From Oculina patagonica (lineage: Eukaryota): a DNA stretch of 64,000 nucleotides. This document shows, piece after piece, positions 1 through 20,281 of this stretch. Numbering within the stretch: position 1 is the stretch's first letter; every line of letters starts with the position of its first letter. A model generated the notes under the pieces. It ran no database searches and was not told the origin of the DNA. It saw only the letters and a program-made list of their open reading frames with translations. The stretch lies in contig NC_135763.1 of NCBI RefSeq assembly GCF_052425735.1, positions 14,508,001 through 14,572,000 on the forward strand, given 5' to 3'. Both the position numbers and the translations under genes were made by a program.

Positions 1-589
1 GTGTTTTCGTCGGAAAACGTGCGTGAGAGAATTAAATCGTTCTTGAGTCGATCGATCGATCACTAATGAAGTTGAGAGTACTTGTCAACACCTTCCGGAA
101 ACACTCATTGTGGTAAAAGTGATATGATACTATCGAGAAAAATCGCTCTAAAAGTTTTAGATATCCTATTTGTATTGGTCTTGATTTCAAAGAGAACTCT
201 AGAAATCGTGCAAGTAAGAAGCAGTTCGATTTTCGAGGAAACTGCAGAAGTTGCTCGTCAAACAGATTGGGTTATGTCACGTCACCGAGAATTCTGGAAA
301 GGAAACAAACAACAGACACGGCTGACTTTGAAGCCCTGTGTTTTGTTTCGTTATTTGGCTGGAAAGGAATAGAAAAATTGAAGAAACGATGAAATTTTAT
401 ATTAAAAATTGTTTCAGACCATTCTTGAACATTTTATTCGTTACTTAAATTTTATTCTTATTTTTTTGTCATGGTAACCATGGGAAGTTGTGAGAGGGAC
501 GATGCTCCCATAAGCTGGTGATCAGAAACAAAAATTCAATCAGTGTATTATTATATTTCTAGTAATAGCGATAGGACAATCTCTTTATT

Positions 590-9776
<9,187 letters not shown>

Positions 9777-9984
9777 GTTGTTTTTCAACGAGCGTCCGCT
9801 GTCCGAATGGATAGGCGCGCTTGGCTCGAGACGGGATCCTTACTTTTCTTTTCCATCCTCGTACCCAGGGTCTTCGTTCCCTTCGACCCGCGGTCAGGAA
9901 ACGAGCGACCCTGGAATGTTCCGATTGGACCGAAAATATCGGACTTCCGGTTGAATTGCGCATGCCTGACCGCTAAAAACAAAG

Positions 9985-10423
9985 ATGGCGTCTCAAGTGG
10001 AGCAAAGATAAACTTTCGGAGAGATTCTACTTCAAACGGCAAAGAGCTAGAGATCCTTTCGATCCTTACTGTTGGAAAGAGATGTTCTGCCTGTCCTGCC
10101 AACCGTTCTCGGCAAGTTCTTGTTTACCAAATGACCGCATCTTTTGAGGATTTATGGATTGTGCTCACAGTCACTCGCAGACTTCTAAAAAATTTAACTC
10201 ATCAATTCTGTGTTATAATATCGCCTCTCGACCCGCCATAAAGCCACTGGGGAACCTAAAGAATTTTCAACTCATCTTTGCTCACCTCGAAACCCTGGTA
10301 CAGAAACAAAATCGGTTATATAGAGCTCCTGAAACGGCAAAATAAGTTTTTAAATCATACGAGGGTTTAACTGTACGTTGCACGTTGTGGACGAAACACA
10401 TATAGATTGCTTTGACTGGCATG
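9985..10423 (+). pseudogene. Degenerate RecQ-type SF2 helicase exon (transposon-borne)
   Basis: Across frameshifts: RDVLPVLPTVLGK (motif I), LVYQ, VIISPL (Ia), FQLIFAHLETL (Ib), VVDETH..W (II), then a G/GTATGT splice donor. Confidence 0.75.
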
Positions 10424-11139
10424 GTATGTAAAATGTGGATTGCTATTTTATCAGGCGATATTACAGATAGCTATAGTTTTTAATGATCATACTGTGTATC
10501 ACAATTTTTATTAGCTGTATTGTTTGGGAAATCCAGTAAATCTGTTTCTATAAGTTGTAAGATTATTTGAAAACCTAATACTTATATTGACAAAGCAGTG
10601 CAGACGAGTGGTGGTTAATTTGCAGTTCTCCAACAGTAAAAAATTATTGCCTTATTACTTTGTGTTTGAATTAAATAGGGAAATAAATCCACAAGCATAC
10701 TGAAACATGTACAGGTACAACCATTAACAGGCTTACTGCTGTAAAAGACAATTCAAATAATATTTTTATTATTTTGATATCATTAATAATTGCACTTCTT
10801 ACTGATTAACTCCTACATTGCCAAGTCAAACTAAGCAATGATGTATCCATTCAACCAAATTTCTAAAAAAAAATGTTACAAGTTGGACAGCCTTGGGACC
10901 AGTTCTAGCTTTTGACCTTAGACATAGTTTTCAAATTCCCTGGTAAAACTTAATTTTCCCTGACCAAGTAAATTTAGAAATCAGGTAAAATAGCAGCCTC
11001 TGACAATCCCCTACAGCCATCCTTTCCACCTGTCACAGAGATAGCCTGTTTCTTTTCTTTTCTTTTCCTTTTTGTTTTTGTTTCTTTTGTTGCTGACAGG
11101 TCAAACTGTCAAAATTGAAGTTGACTAAGGATAAATTTA

Positions 11140-11415
11140 GGGTGGCAGGGTGGCCGAATTATTAAGGAGCTGGACTCCAAATCGAGCGGTCTAGGTTCAA
11201 GCACTGGCCAGGGTACTGCATTGTATTCTTGGGCAATGCAGTTTAGTCTTAAAGTGGCTTTCTCTACCCAGGTATATAAATGGGTACCAGTGAATTTACT
11301 GCTGGGGGTCAGCCCTGTGATGGATAAGAATCCCATCCAGGGGGTAGAAGAAATATTTTTATTTGCTTGGTGTTGCGGAAACCGGGATAAGCTCTGGCCT
11401 GATCGGCCACTAGTT
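11140..11415 (+). mobile_element. Diverged copy of the Nin/Deu-type SINE
   Basis: Same core as 8039-8343 (cccaggtatataaatgggtacc..gaaaccgggataagctc). Confidence 0.75.
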
Positions 11416-12314
11416 TAAAAATTTTTATTATGTGGTTTTAACTAAGGATAAATTTCTCAGACTTTTCTTTGTAATATCAGTTTTCTCTAATTCTGTTCAA
11501 AATTCCCCAGCTTTTCTAAGAAATTTATTTTTTCCAGCAATATCATATCCTGACAACTCTCCTGAACTGTGGCAACCTTGTTATAGAAATATCTGCCTTA
11601 TACAACTGATCTACAGGTAATCAAAATGGAAGACGGGTGGAAATTTTGGGCCCTTTGGGACTTTTTTATCTGAAAGGCTAGAGACCTGGGGCGTTCCCAA
11701 GATCTACCACCATTATAAAGAGTTAGTTACAATCAAAGAAAAAAATATTTCATTTGGTTTTGCAGTCCCTGAACCAGAAGTTAATATCAAGTTTTAATGT
11801 TGTCCACTGCAGAAATACTTGTACTTGTGGAGGCATTTTTAAAAAGTCAAATGGCAACATACATGTAAAATGGGAATTTACAGTGGAATCTTCTACACCT
11901 TATCTCTGGTATCTGAGCAACGTAATTACCCAGTATGCTACTTGAAGTGCATCCTTACAATATTGAAATCCCAGTTTCTCCAGAATAAATATAAGGAAAT
12001 TTTGCCCCACTGTTATTGGATGTTATTAAATTGAAATGACCCTCCTTTATCTATATGTACTTGCCAACTAGAACACGTTTCAAAATAGCACTCTATCGGT
12101 ATTATTTTGCTCAGTATTAATTAATTCATACCTCTTCCTCTCCTATGGTTAACTTTTTTTATCCCAAATTATTATTGTTTATTTAAAATTAAACAAGAGC
12201 ATCAAATTTTTTTGTTGTATTTTGCCCTTTTCCATTTCACTTCTTCTACTTGTTTTGCTTTATATTGGAATGGAATAAATAAATAAAATGAATAGTGGCT
12301 CTTCCAATCCCTCT

Positions 12315-12497
12315 GATTCCAGATCAAATTGAAATTTAGTAGTGTTGTCTTTTTCTGTGGAGGGAAGAAAACTGGAGAACAGGGAGAAAAAACCTTGGAG
12401 CAAGGACCATAAGCAACAACAAACCCACATATTATGCTGGGTGTGGGAATTGAACCCAGGTAACATTGGTGGAAGACAAGCACTCTCACCACTGCGC
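12315..12497 (-). mobile_element. tRNA-derived SINE, second family
   Basis: Reverse strand reads gcgcagtggtgagagtgcttg..ctgggttcaattccc (A/B boxes), then ttctccagttttcttccctcc..aatttcaatttgatctgg. Confidence 0.6.
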
Positions 12498-12649
12498 ATG
12501 CATGCAGTTTCGAACATGAACTTGAAGTAAACTAAAATTATGTGACTTCAGTCATAACTATCTTAAGAATGGTATCTCAGGTCTCTGAAACCAAACTGGA
12601 AATGTTAATAAAAAGTCATTCTCCTATGGGGATCCAGAGTGGAGGGGTA

Positions 12650-13186
12650 CCGTATTTACTCGAATAAGCGCCACGGCGCTTATTAAATTTTTCGCGCCTC
12701 AAGTGCGGCGCTTATTCGAGGGCGGCGCTTATTTGAGGGCGGCGCTTATTTAAAATTTGGACACCACATCACAGCGAATCTCATCTTTTTACAGTAATTG
12801 AAAATAGCGTCTTTTGATTGTCAGTATTCGTCTTTTGCTGAATAATTAAAGATGTGGCGCTAGCTGTCTTGGAAAAGTTCGCGGCCATTACAACATTTAC
12901 AGCACTACGTATTGTAAGAATGTTGGATAGAAAACTAATGAACGAGCGGTAAAACAGTCACTTTAAGCTGCAAAACATCGCTTTTGATAGAAAGAATGTC
13001 CAAGTTTTTTTTTTTAGAGTTGCTTTGTATTGCTGTTTTAAGTTAAAAGGAATACTTCGAATAAGCGCCGCATCGGGACTGCGGCGCTTATTCGGGGGCG
13101 GCGCTTATTAAGTTTTTTGTTCCAAATGTGGCGCTTATTCGAGGGCGGCGCTTATTCGGGGGTGGCGCTTATTCGAGTAAATACGG
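12650..13186. mobile_element. Tc1/mariner-pogo-type MITE with TA TSD
   Basis: TIR ccgtatttactcgaataagcgcc / ggcgcttattcgagtaaatacgg flanked by TA; internal gcggcgcttatt repeats. Confidence 0.85.
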
Positions 13187-13404
13187 TATACATGATACCC
13201 CCACATAAAGCTAACAAGGGGTGTCACCCAATAGCAAAGATAGTGTTGACGACACCGATTGTTATTAATGTGCCAACCAGAAAACTATTGGCTGGCGAAA
13301 CAAAGAGTTCTTTTGTTCAAATTGTTGTACATTTAAATAACAAAGACAACGTTTTCAATAAAAGTTGATTTTGATTAGTCCTGCGTGATTTACTTATCAA
13401 GAAA

Positions 13405-13602
13405 AAGATTCCGAACAAAATCGAACCCGATTGAGTTCGATTGAGTTCGATTATGTTCGATTGGTTCGATTGGTTCGAAAATCGAACTCACAGCAAAATA
13501 GATGTTCGATTTTGTTCAATTACCGAACCCAATCGAACGATTGGTGTTCGATTGGGTTCGATTGATTTTTGGTTCGATTTTGTTCCATTGGATACCTCGG
13601 GT
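13405..13602. repeat. gttcgatt-rich subterminal repeat, DNA-transposon end
   Basis: Multiple ttcgatt/aatcgaac motifs ending in ..ggatacctcggg. Confidence 0.5.
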
Positions 13603-13617
13603 ATTATTTACTACAAA

Positions 13618-13880
13618 CTTGATGATTTCGACATTGCTGATCCTAGCAGTATGCAGGACGCGTGTCACATACAGAACCTAGTAAATGGCCCAGCTCACAA
13701 CGGGTCTCTCGTAGCTCAGTTGGTTAGAGCGCCCAACCGGTATCTGCGAGGCCTTGGGTTCGATTCCCGTCGATCGGGAACTCAGAATTTTTCTTTGTCC
13801 CATGCTCGTGTCATGTTAAACATCTCATCTTTATTATTTATTACCGAGCTTGAAATTTACCATCTTTATTATTTACTACA
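13618..13880 (+). repeat. Interspersed repeat with an internal tRNA-like segment
   Basis: gtagctcagttggttagagcg (A box/D arm) and gggttcgattccc (B box/T arm) at about 13705-13780, with no clean acceptor or anticodon stem. Confidence 0.55.
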
Positions 13881-14088
13881 TAGATTCGTGTTTTGAAGAT
13901 AGACTTTTTGGATTACCTGAAACGCGAACAAGATACTTGCATAAAACCCAAGTTAAGCGGTGGATAAACGGCCATCCGGGTGTACCCCCGCATTAAGGTT
14001 GTGGCCGAACTTACGTGCACAAATTCGAATTTCATTTTTCAGCTTGGTCTGTTCCACAACCAGGGTCTCTCTCTCCCTGGGATCGAGG

Positions 14089-14208
14089 TCGCCTGTTCCA
14101 GGCGTTCGGTTAGCTGGGAAGCAGCACGAAGAACGGCGAGTTTAGGCGTCTTTCTCACTCGCCATTTTGCGCACTATTTTCCATTAACCGAACACCTGGA
14201 ACCGGCTA
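14089..14208. mobile_element. Short Academ-type hairpin element
   Basis: gcctgttccaggcgttcggtta ... taaccgaacacctggaaccggcta inverted ends. Confidence 0.5.
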
Positions 14209-14773
14209 GAGTACATTTTGCGTTCTAGTCATCAGGCACCGAAAAACAGGTACATACTGGGGCCTCCTGGAGGGGAGCTAGGATTCACTGGCGAAAAATG
14301 TCTGATTGGTCGACGCGCAACCACGTGACACCGTTCAAAATGGCGGACGAATGCGGACAAGATGGAAGGTTGTAAGGTTGGAAGGTTGTGTACTTTCCGC
14401 CATATTGGAAATCTGGTTTACTTCCGGTGATTTCCATTGTCTTTTGAAAACCAATCAACATCGGCCCTCCTGCGGAAGTTTCGAGAGTCGCTCGTTTCTT
14501 CAAGCCTGCGCAGAAGGGACGAAGACTCGAGGTACGAGAATGTTTCTTTTCTTTTTTCCTTTCCTTTCTTTTTCTTTTTTTTTTCTCATTTCATAGAGTC
14601 CGGAAAAGAGTTACATCCCACTGATCATTCAATTTCGTCTGTAGGGTCAAACGTTGAATTCAACTACCTAACTCAGTCCGGCCTGGAACTCAGATCCAGG
14701 CGAGCCCAGTGACCAGGAATGATCTGCCAGGCCAAGCGGTACGTTCTTGTGATTAGTTAGCACTCAAAAAAAC

Positions 14774-14937
14774 TTTACAGCAAGGCGCCCATTTTTAATT
14801 TATTCACATTCTTTTGTGCAGATTTAATCCAATCAAAAGCCGTGGATTGCTTGCAGTTGACTTCTGATTGGATTAAATCTGCACGAAAGAATGTGAATAG
14901 ATTAAAAGTGGTCACACTTTTGGGCGCCTTGCTGTAA
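14774..14937. mobile_element. Palindromic MITE
   Basis: tttacagcaaggcgccc..attcacattcttttgtgcagatttaatccaatca inverted as tgattggattaaatctgcacgaaagaatgtgaat..gggcgccttgctgtaaa. Confidence 0.7.
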
Positions 14938-16590
14938 AATGGAGTTTATTTCAAAGCAACAACATGTATTCAATGAAAGCAGTTTCTTAAAAACGTTTAT
15001 ACAATCTAAAGAATGTTATGAATACCGTCAACAGAGGCTAAATGAAGATTAAAAATTCTGCGAATCTGTGGAAGAATGAGCAATACTCTGCGAAAATTAC
15101 TATTATTGCGACGAACCAAAATGAGGCCTCATTAGGGGTTTTAGGGATACGGGATACTTAGGGAAAAAAATATAGGGATACGGGATATTTCTGGGAAAAA
15201 TTATAGGGATACGGGATATTAAGAAAAGAGATTGTGGGATATCGAACTAAGGTGGGGGGGGGCCCCCTGAGAAATAAAAGGCTTTTAAGGAATGTGTTGA
15301 TGCCAGAATCTGGAAAACGAATGTGTTGTTGCCCAGTGTGATGAAGAAATGTCAGCGCCTTCTGTTGCGGCGTCTTTTGTGACCGACTGACTTGTCCAAA
15401 ACAAAAGACGCAGTGGAGACGCAATAGAGACGCAGTCTTTGCCGGGCATGGGGACTCCCACATGAAAAGGACGGGGATGCTCACCAGAAAATTTGAGTTA
15501 AACTCCTTTTAAAAAGGAAACCAATCTTAGCATGGCTCGAGCTTTTCTTGACCCCTTAAAGAAGGTCTCAAAGGGGTTAGCCGTTAGCCGTAAAACAGCC
15601 AATGATTTAGTCGTTAGGCGTAAAAATTGAAAAATTGTTATCGTTAGTCGTACAAATAGGTTAACCGACGAGCTTAGCCCTCAAAAAAAAACTCTGTCCA
15701 GGAGGTCTTTTAATCTTGTACATAACTTGTCACCGCATGCCAGGAAATGTGAAATGAAACCGGTCCTAGTTATGTGTACGTGATCTGTTTCTTGTGTCAC
15801 GCGTTTTCTGCTTTCGCGGTTTTGAAACGTGCCGGTGAATCTTCTTTAAGAATATTATTTGCTAAATTTCGATATCGGCACGTTTCGACCTTAAATCGAT
15901 GATAAATGTTTCATAAGTTTTCTTGACAACACGGTCAAGTTTGAGTCAGCGTTTGGTTTTTTGTACAGCTATACGACATTGATATCCGACGGACAGCCGA
16001 AAGTATAAGTGGACTGTGGTAAGTTAAATGTAAAAGCGAGTCAACGAAAATAATATCGGTAGCGAGATCAACAGTAATTTCTACCGCGGAAACAAGTTGA
16101 ATGTATGAAGATTGGGGCTTTCAAGGAGTCGATTGTTGTAGTCTTCACGAATGAATGAAGCATTTTACCAATTTTAAAAGTTTTTTATCGCATTTTTGTG
16201 ACATGTTCCTCGCTACACTGCAAAACTCGTATGGGTAAATGCGAAACAGGATAGCCATGCAAGATTGTGCAAGGGTTTCGTCCAATAAACGAAAAGTCGA
16301 AAAGAGATTCGGCATTTTCGTCTAATGGTTACTGTTGCCGGGTTAATTTATTCTGGCGGGAAATACGAGGTAACTCAATTCGCAAGCAGCGCGGCTCGCC
16401 GCCGTTCATCCAAGATAGAAGCAAGACAAATACCGCAGCACAATGGTAAGTTGTATTTTTTTATTTGTGGAATATAAACTTGAGCTTGGGTTTTCAGTTT
16501 CACTACGGTCGCTTATGTCAAGCAATGTGATAATAATCAGCTTGCGGTGCTTAAACCTGGCTAATCGCGCGCTGACTTATTTCGCTCTAC

Positions 16591-17120
16591 TAACCTCGCG
16601 CTAATTTTTTCTGTCTTACTTGGGTGGTGAGTTCTTTACTGAGCTCTTGTTATCTGTGGGCAGAATATTAACCTCGCGCTAAATTATTCTGCCTTACTTG
16701 GGTAGTGAGCTGAGTTCTTTACTGAGCTCTTGTTATCTGTGGGCAGAATATAACCTCGCGCTAAATTATTCTGTCTTACTGGGGTAGTGAGCTGAGTTCT
16801 TTACTGAGCTCTTGTTATCTGTGGGCAGAATATAACCTCGCGCTAAATTATTCTGTCCTACTGGGGTAGTGAGCTGAGTTCTATACTGAGCTCTTGTTAT
16901 CTGTGGTCAGAATATAACCTCGCGCTAAATTATTCTGTCCTACTGGGGTAGTGAGCTGAGTTCTTTACTGAGCTCTTGTTATCTGTGGGCAGAATATTAA
17001 CCTCGCGCTAAATTATTCTGTCCTACTGGGGTAGTGAGCTGAGTTCTTTACTGAGCTCTTGTTATCTGTGGGCAGAATATTAACCTCACGCTAAATTTTT
17101 CTTTCTTGCTTCGTTGGTTA
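16591..17120 (+). repeat. Minisatellite, about 82-bp unit, 6 full copies plus a partial seventh
   Basis: Unit taacctcgcgctaaattattctgtc(c/t)tactggggtagtgagctgagttctttactgagctcttgttatctgtgggcagaata starts at 16591, 16669, 16751, 16833, 16915, 16998, 17081. Confidence 0.95.
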
Positions 17121-17813
17121 GTTCAATATTTATCTTGTGTTATTTTTTTTTTCAATCCGCGATTGAAATTTTATTGAGCTGTTTTAAGACATGAACATCA
17201 AAACCCAAATCCGGCTAATGCCTGCTTTTTCTTTCTCCACAGAGAAGCCTCGGCTATTATGACTGACACCTCACTGTACATTGCGGCAGTTCAACGTGCG
17301 AACTATGATCTTATGTTACCGATCTTAATCCCCTTAATGGAGAAATATTCTCCACTAAGGGGATTAAGATCTAATTTGCATAAATTTTTTTTGAGGACTA
17401 AGCTGTCCCTAAGCTCGTCGTTATGTATGAGTTGATTATGGCTATATTAAAAGTTATTACAGGCTAGCAAAGGTATATTGCAATTTCTGCGTTTTGATTG
17501 GTTAACAGCAGGTTAACAGGCAGTGGTACCGGTATATGAGCTCATATACCATTGACCACAGAAATGGTAGCCGATCCGCGCCAACAAAAAAATCTGGAGA
17601 GCTCAAATATTGCAATTCTTTTGGGCGTTTATAATAAAACAATTATTTCACTCGTGCTTGTTGGATATGAGATCGTTATAGTCAACTCAGCGCTACGCGG
17701 CTCGTTGGCTATCTACCATCTCATATCCGCAACGCGCGCTCGTGGAACAATTGTTAACTATAATGGTATCAGAAGCATATCACATATTCAAGGTGATATG
17801 ATTCTGTTGGAAT

Positions 17814-18141
17814 ACCGTGAAATTCCGCTTATAAGCCCCCCCCCCCCCGGTTATAGGCCCATCTACCTGGAAATAAAAAAATACATCCGATTAAAAGCCA
17901 CCCTGGATATAAGCTCCCCTCTGCCGGGAGAGAGTACTAAAAAGGGCTAAATTTGCTTTATTATGCGTTTTTAACTAAAAAACGCATTTCGATCAACACT
18001 CCCGTGGCCCGTTTTGAAACGTTTTTTTTTTTTATTTTCACTTATAAGCCCTCCCGGATATAAGCCCCTTCGCTTATAAGCCCACCCAAAAGCCCTTATG
18101 AAGTTGTATAAGCCCAGGGCTTATAACCGGAATTTTTCGGT
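17814..18141. mobile_element. pogo-type MITE with TA TSD (ataagccc subterminal repeats)
   Basis: ta-ccgtgaaattccgcttataagccc ... gggcttataaccggaatttttcgg-ta; a related copy lies at about 40896-41255. Confidence 0.75.
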
Positions 18142-20281
18142 ATATGACGCTGGAGAAGAAAAGCCCATATAAGGCCAGGACAAAAGTTGAGGAAGAAAAT
18201 AACTCATCAACACAACAAAGGAAATTGATTATAAACTTTATGTACAAATAAAAAAATATATAATGAATAAAAAAGACAAATGTGGATTAATTCAAACCAG
18301 GTTACGCTAGGTGTTAATTTCATAAATTTTAAATTTTAAGTGCACTTTCGAGAGATTAGTTTTGTCCGAACTTTTAAGTTTTGATTCAGGTGACTGCCCC
18401 CAACGCTCACAGTTTCAAACAAAAAAGTGTACCTTTTTTGAACTAATTTTCGCGTGAATTCGAACTTAATTTCGCGCAGGAAAATGGACCGAAGAGGCAG
18501 TCATTTCGCGAGGCTTAAATTTCGCGATTTGGCAGAAACATTGTGTTTGAAAGGAACTAAATTTCGCGAGGTTTACCAAAGAATCCGTGTTAACAAACGG
18601 AAAGTCTAAGAGTCAGCAAAACCTATCTTAAAGCCCGTATCTTACACTGATACTGAATTTATACTGAACACAGCCTTAACAGAACAGAACTTAAAACAAG
18701 TTGGTATGTTCGCAGAGGTCAGGATTTGCGATATGTCTTCTCTCTGTTCCATGTTTTGTAGAAATTAATCAACTTCCTCATGTTTTGGAATGAATATAAA
18801 ATCAGGCCAAAATATCAACAAACAAATTCTCCTAACTGGTCCCATACCTCTCTTTTAATATGGTTGGGAGAAGTTACACTTGGAGGTAATTTTCTTATAT
18901 CAACCCTTTAAACCCTGAATATCAACAAGCACATTCTCCTAGCTGATCACCGCATAGCTCTTATGGTAAGGCTGGGGGAAGTTACCAGGAGGTCACATAC
19001 TTTATTTAATGGCCGGCAGATCACGGTTCGCCAGGGTTAGAGGTAAAGAGATCTGCTTATCAATATCAGGGCCCAAAGGGGGTGATTATTGCATAGCTAT
19101 AACAAAACAACAACAACAACTAAGTGTGGCTGAAAATGGGGAAGTGGGTGACAAAGTGCTCCACCAAAAATATGTCAGCCCCTTGTACTCCTGGAGTGTC
19201 AAGCTAACAAAAACCTACAGCCCAGGGAGAGGGGGATGGAGAGGAGGGAGTGGGGCCACCTCTCAGGGCCGACAGTGAGCATTCCTGGGTAGAGAAGAGG
19301 GAGTTGGGCCTCATCTCTGATTGGAGGGAGTTGGGCCTCCACTAACCTAAATCCAGGGAGTACAGAATAAAGGGAGTTTGGCCTCCAAAAACATCGAGTC
19401 TATGGGGGCAAAAGTGTGACAAGAGGAGCACTTTATCCCCATTCCCAACTTTATTGAAATGGTCACAAATAAAGAAAATGATATCCTATGCTACAATCAG
19501 AAAAATATACAATGTACATTTTAAATCTAGCAAACATGGACTGGCCTGATACAATGTTCATCTAGATGCCATGTTGTTAGCTACAATTATTGCAAGTGAT
19601 ATTTAACTATTTATTATTACATTGTTAACATTGTAGTGATCTGGTAAAAAATAAATAATAATAATGGGATAGTTTCTAGCTAGCTTATACATCCAATTAA
19701 TTATGATAAAGGTTTGAGAATTTCTCTATCCAGGACTGCTGGCAGCACTTAAAAATAACTCTTTAGGGAGCTATAGGGTGGGATGGGAGGGAACAAAATA
19801 AACCACTAACTGCTTGAAAACAGTAACTATGACGTCACGTGTCGATAATGTCAAGTCACGTGTCGATTATGTCAGTAAAGCAAACACTCAAACTTCTGTG
19901 CTCCTTTCTTGCTCTTTCTTTCTAATCTGACGCTCAACAAGATGGCTGCTTACGAGTTCAGAATGCTGTTTACGTACCCTTAATGAAACCAAGTAAATAC
20001 TTGCCTCAGAAGCTGAGCAAAAACTCTTATTTCCAAAGTAAACTTCTAGCCTCTGCAAAACCTCCGCAAGAAGTTTTTCTACGCTTTAGAGAGGCTGTGA
20101 ACAGTTTAAGTTCACCGCCCCTCGCGAATTTTATAAAAAAAATAGAAACACTGGCACAGTACCCAGCGGCTCTCTTTGCGTGTGACCTGTCAAGCGCGAC
20201 CTATGAGCATAAAATGTAAAACATGCAAATATCGGCCTAGTAAACATGCAAATATCGGCCTCCGACTGTACTAGTCAAGTA

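Larger units (their letters stand above)
9854..14542 (+). mobile_element. AcademH-like DNA transposon relic with imperfect TIRs, 9-bp TSD, RecQ-helicase remnant and nested insertions
   Basis: Left end catcctcgtacccagggtcttcgttcccttc..gaaacgagcgac matches the reverse complement of the right end cattctcgtacctcgagtcttcgtcccttc..gaaacgagcgac. tttcttttc flanks both ends (9845-9853, 14543-14551; low complexity). Helicase motifs lie inside the left end. Confidence 0.65.

Noticed and set aside
1-372. Coding end of an upstream gene, or the 96-aa ORF
   Set aside because: Too little context and no recognisable motif.
13700-13785. Functional tRNA gene
   Set aside because: D and T arms are recognisable but the acceptor and anticodon stems do not pair cleanly.
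16591-17120. Possible CRISPR array
   Set aside because: Whole units repeat with no unique spacers, there are no cas genes, and the context is eukaryotic; it is a minisatellite.
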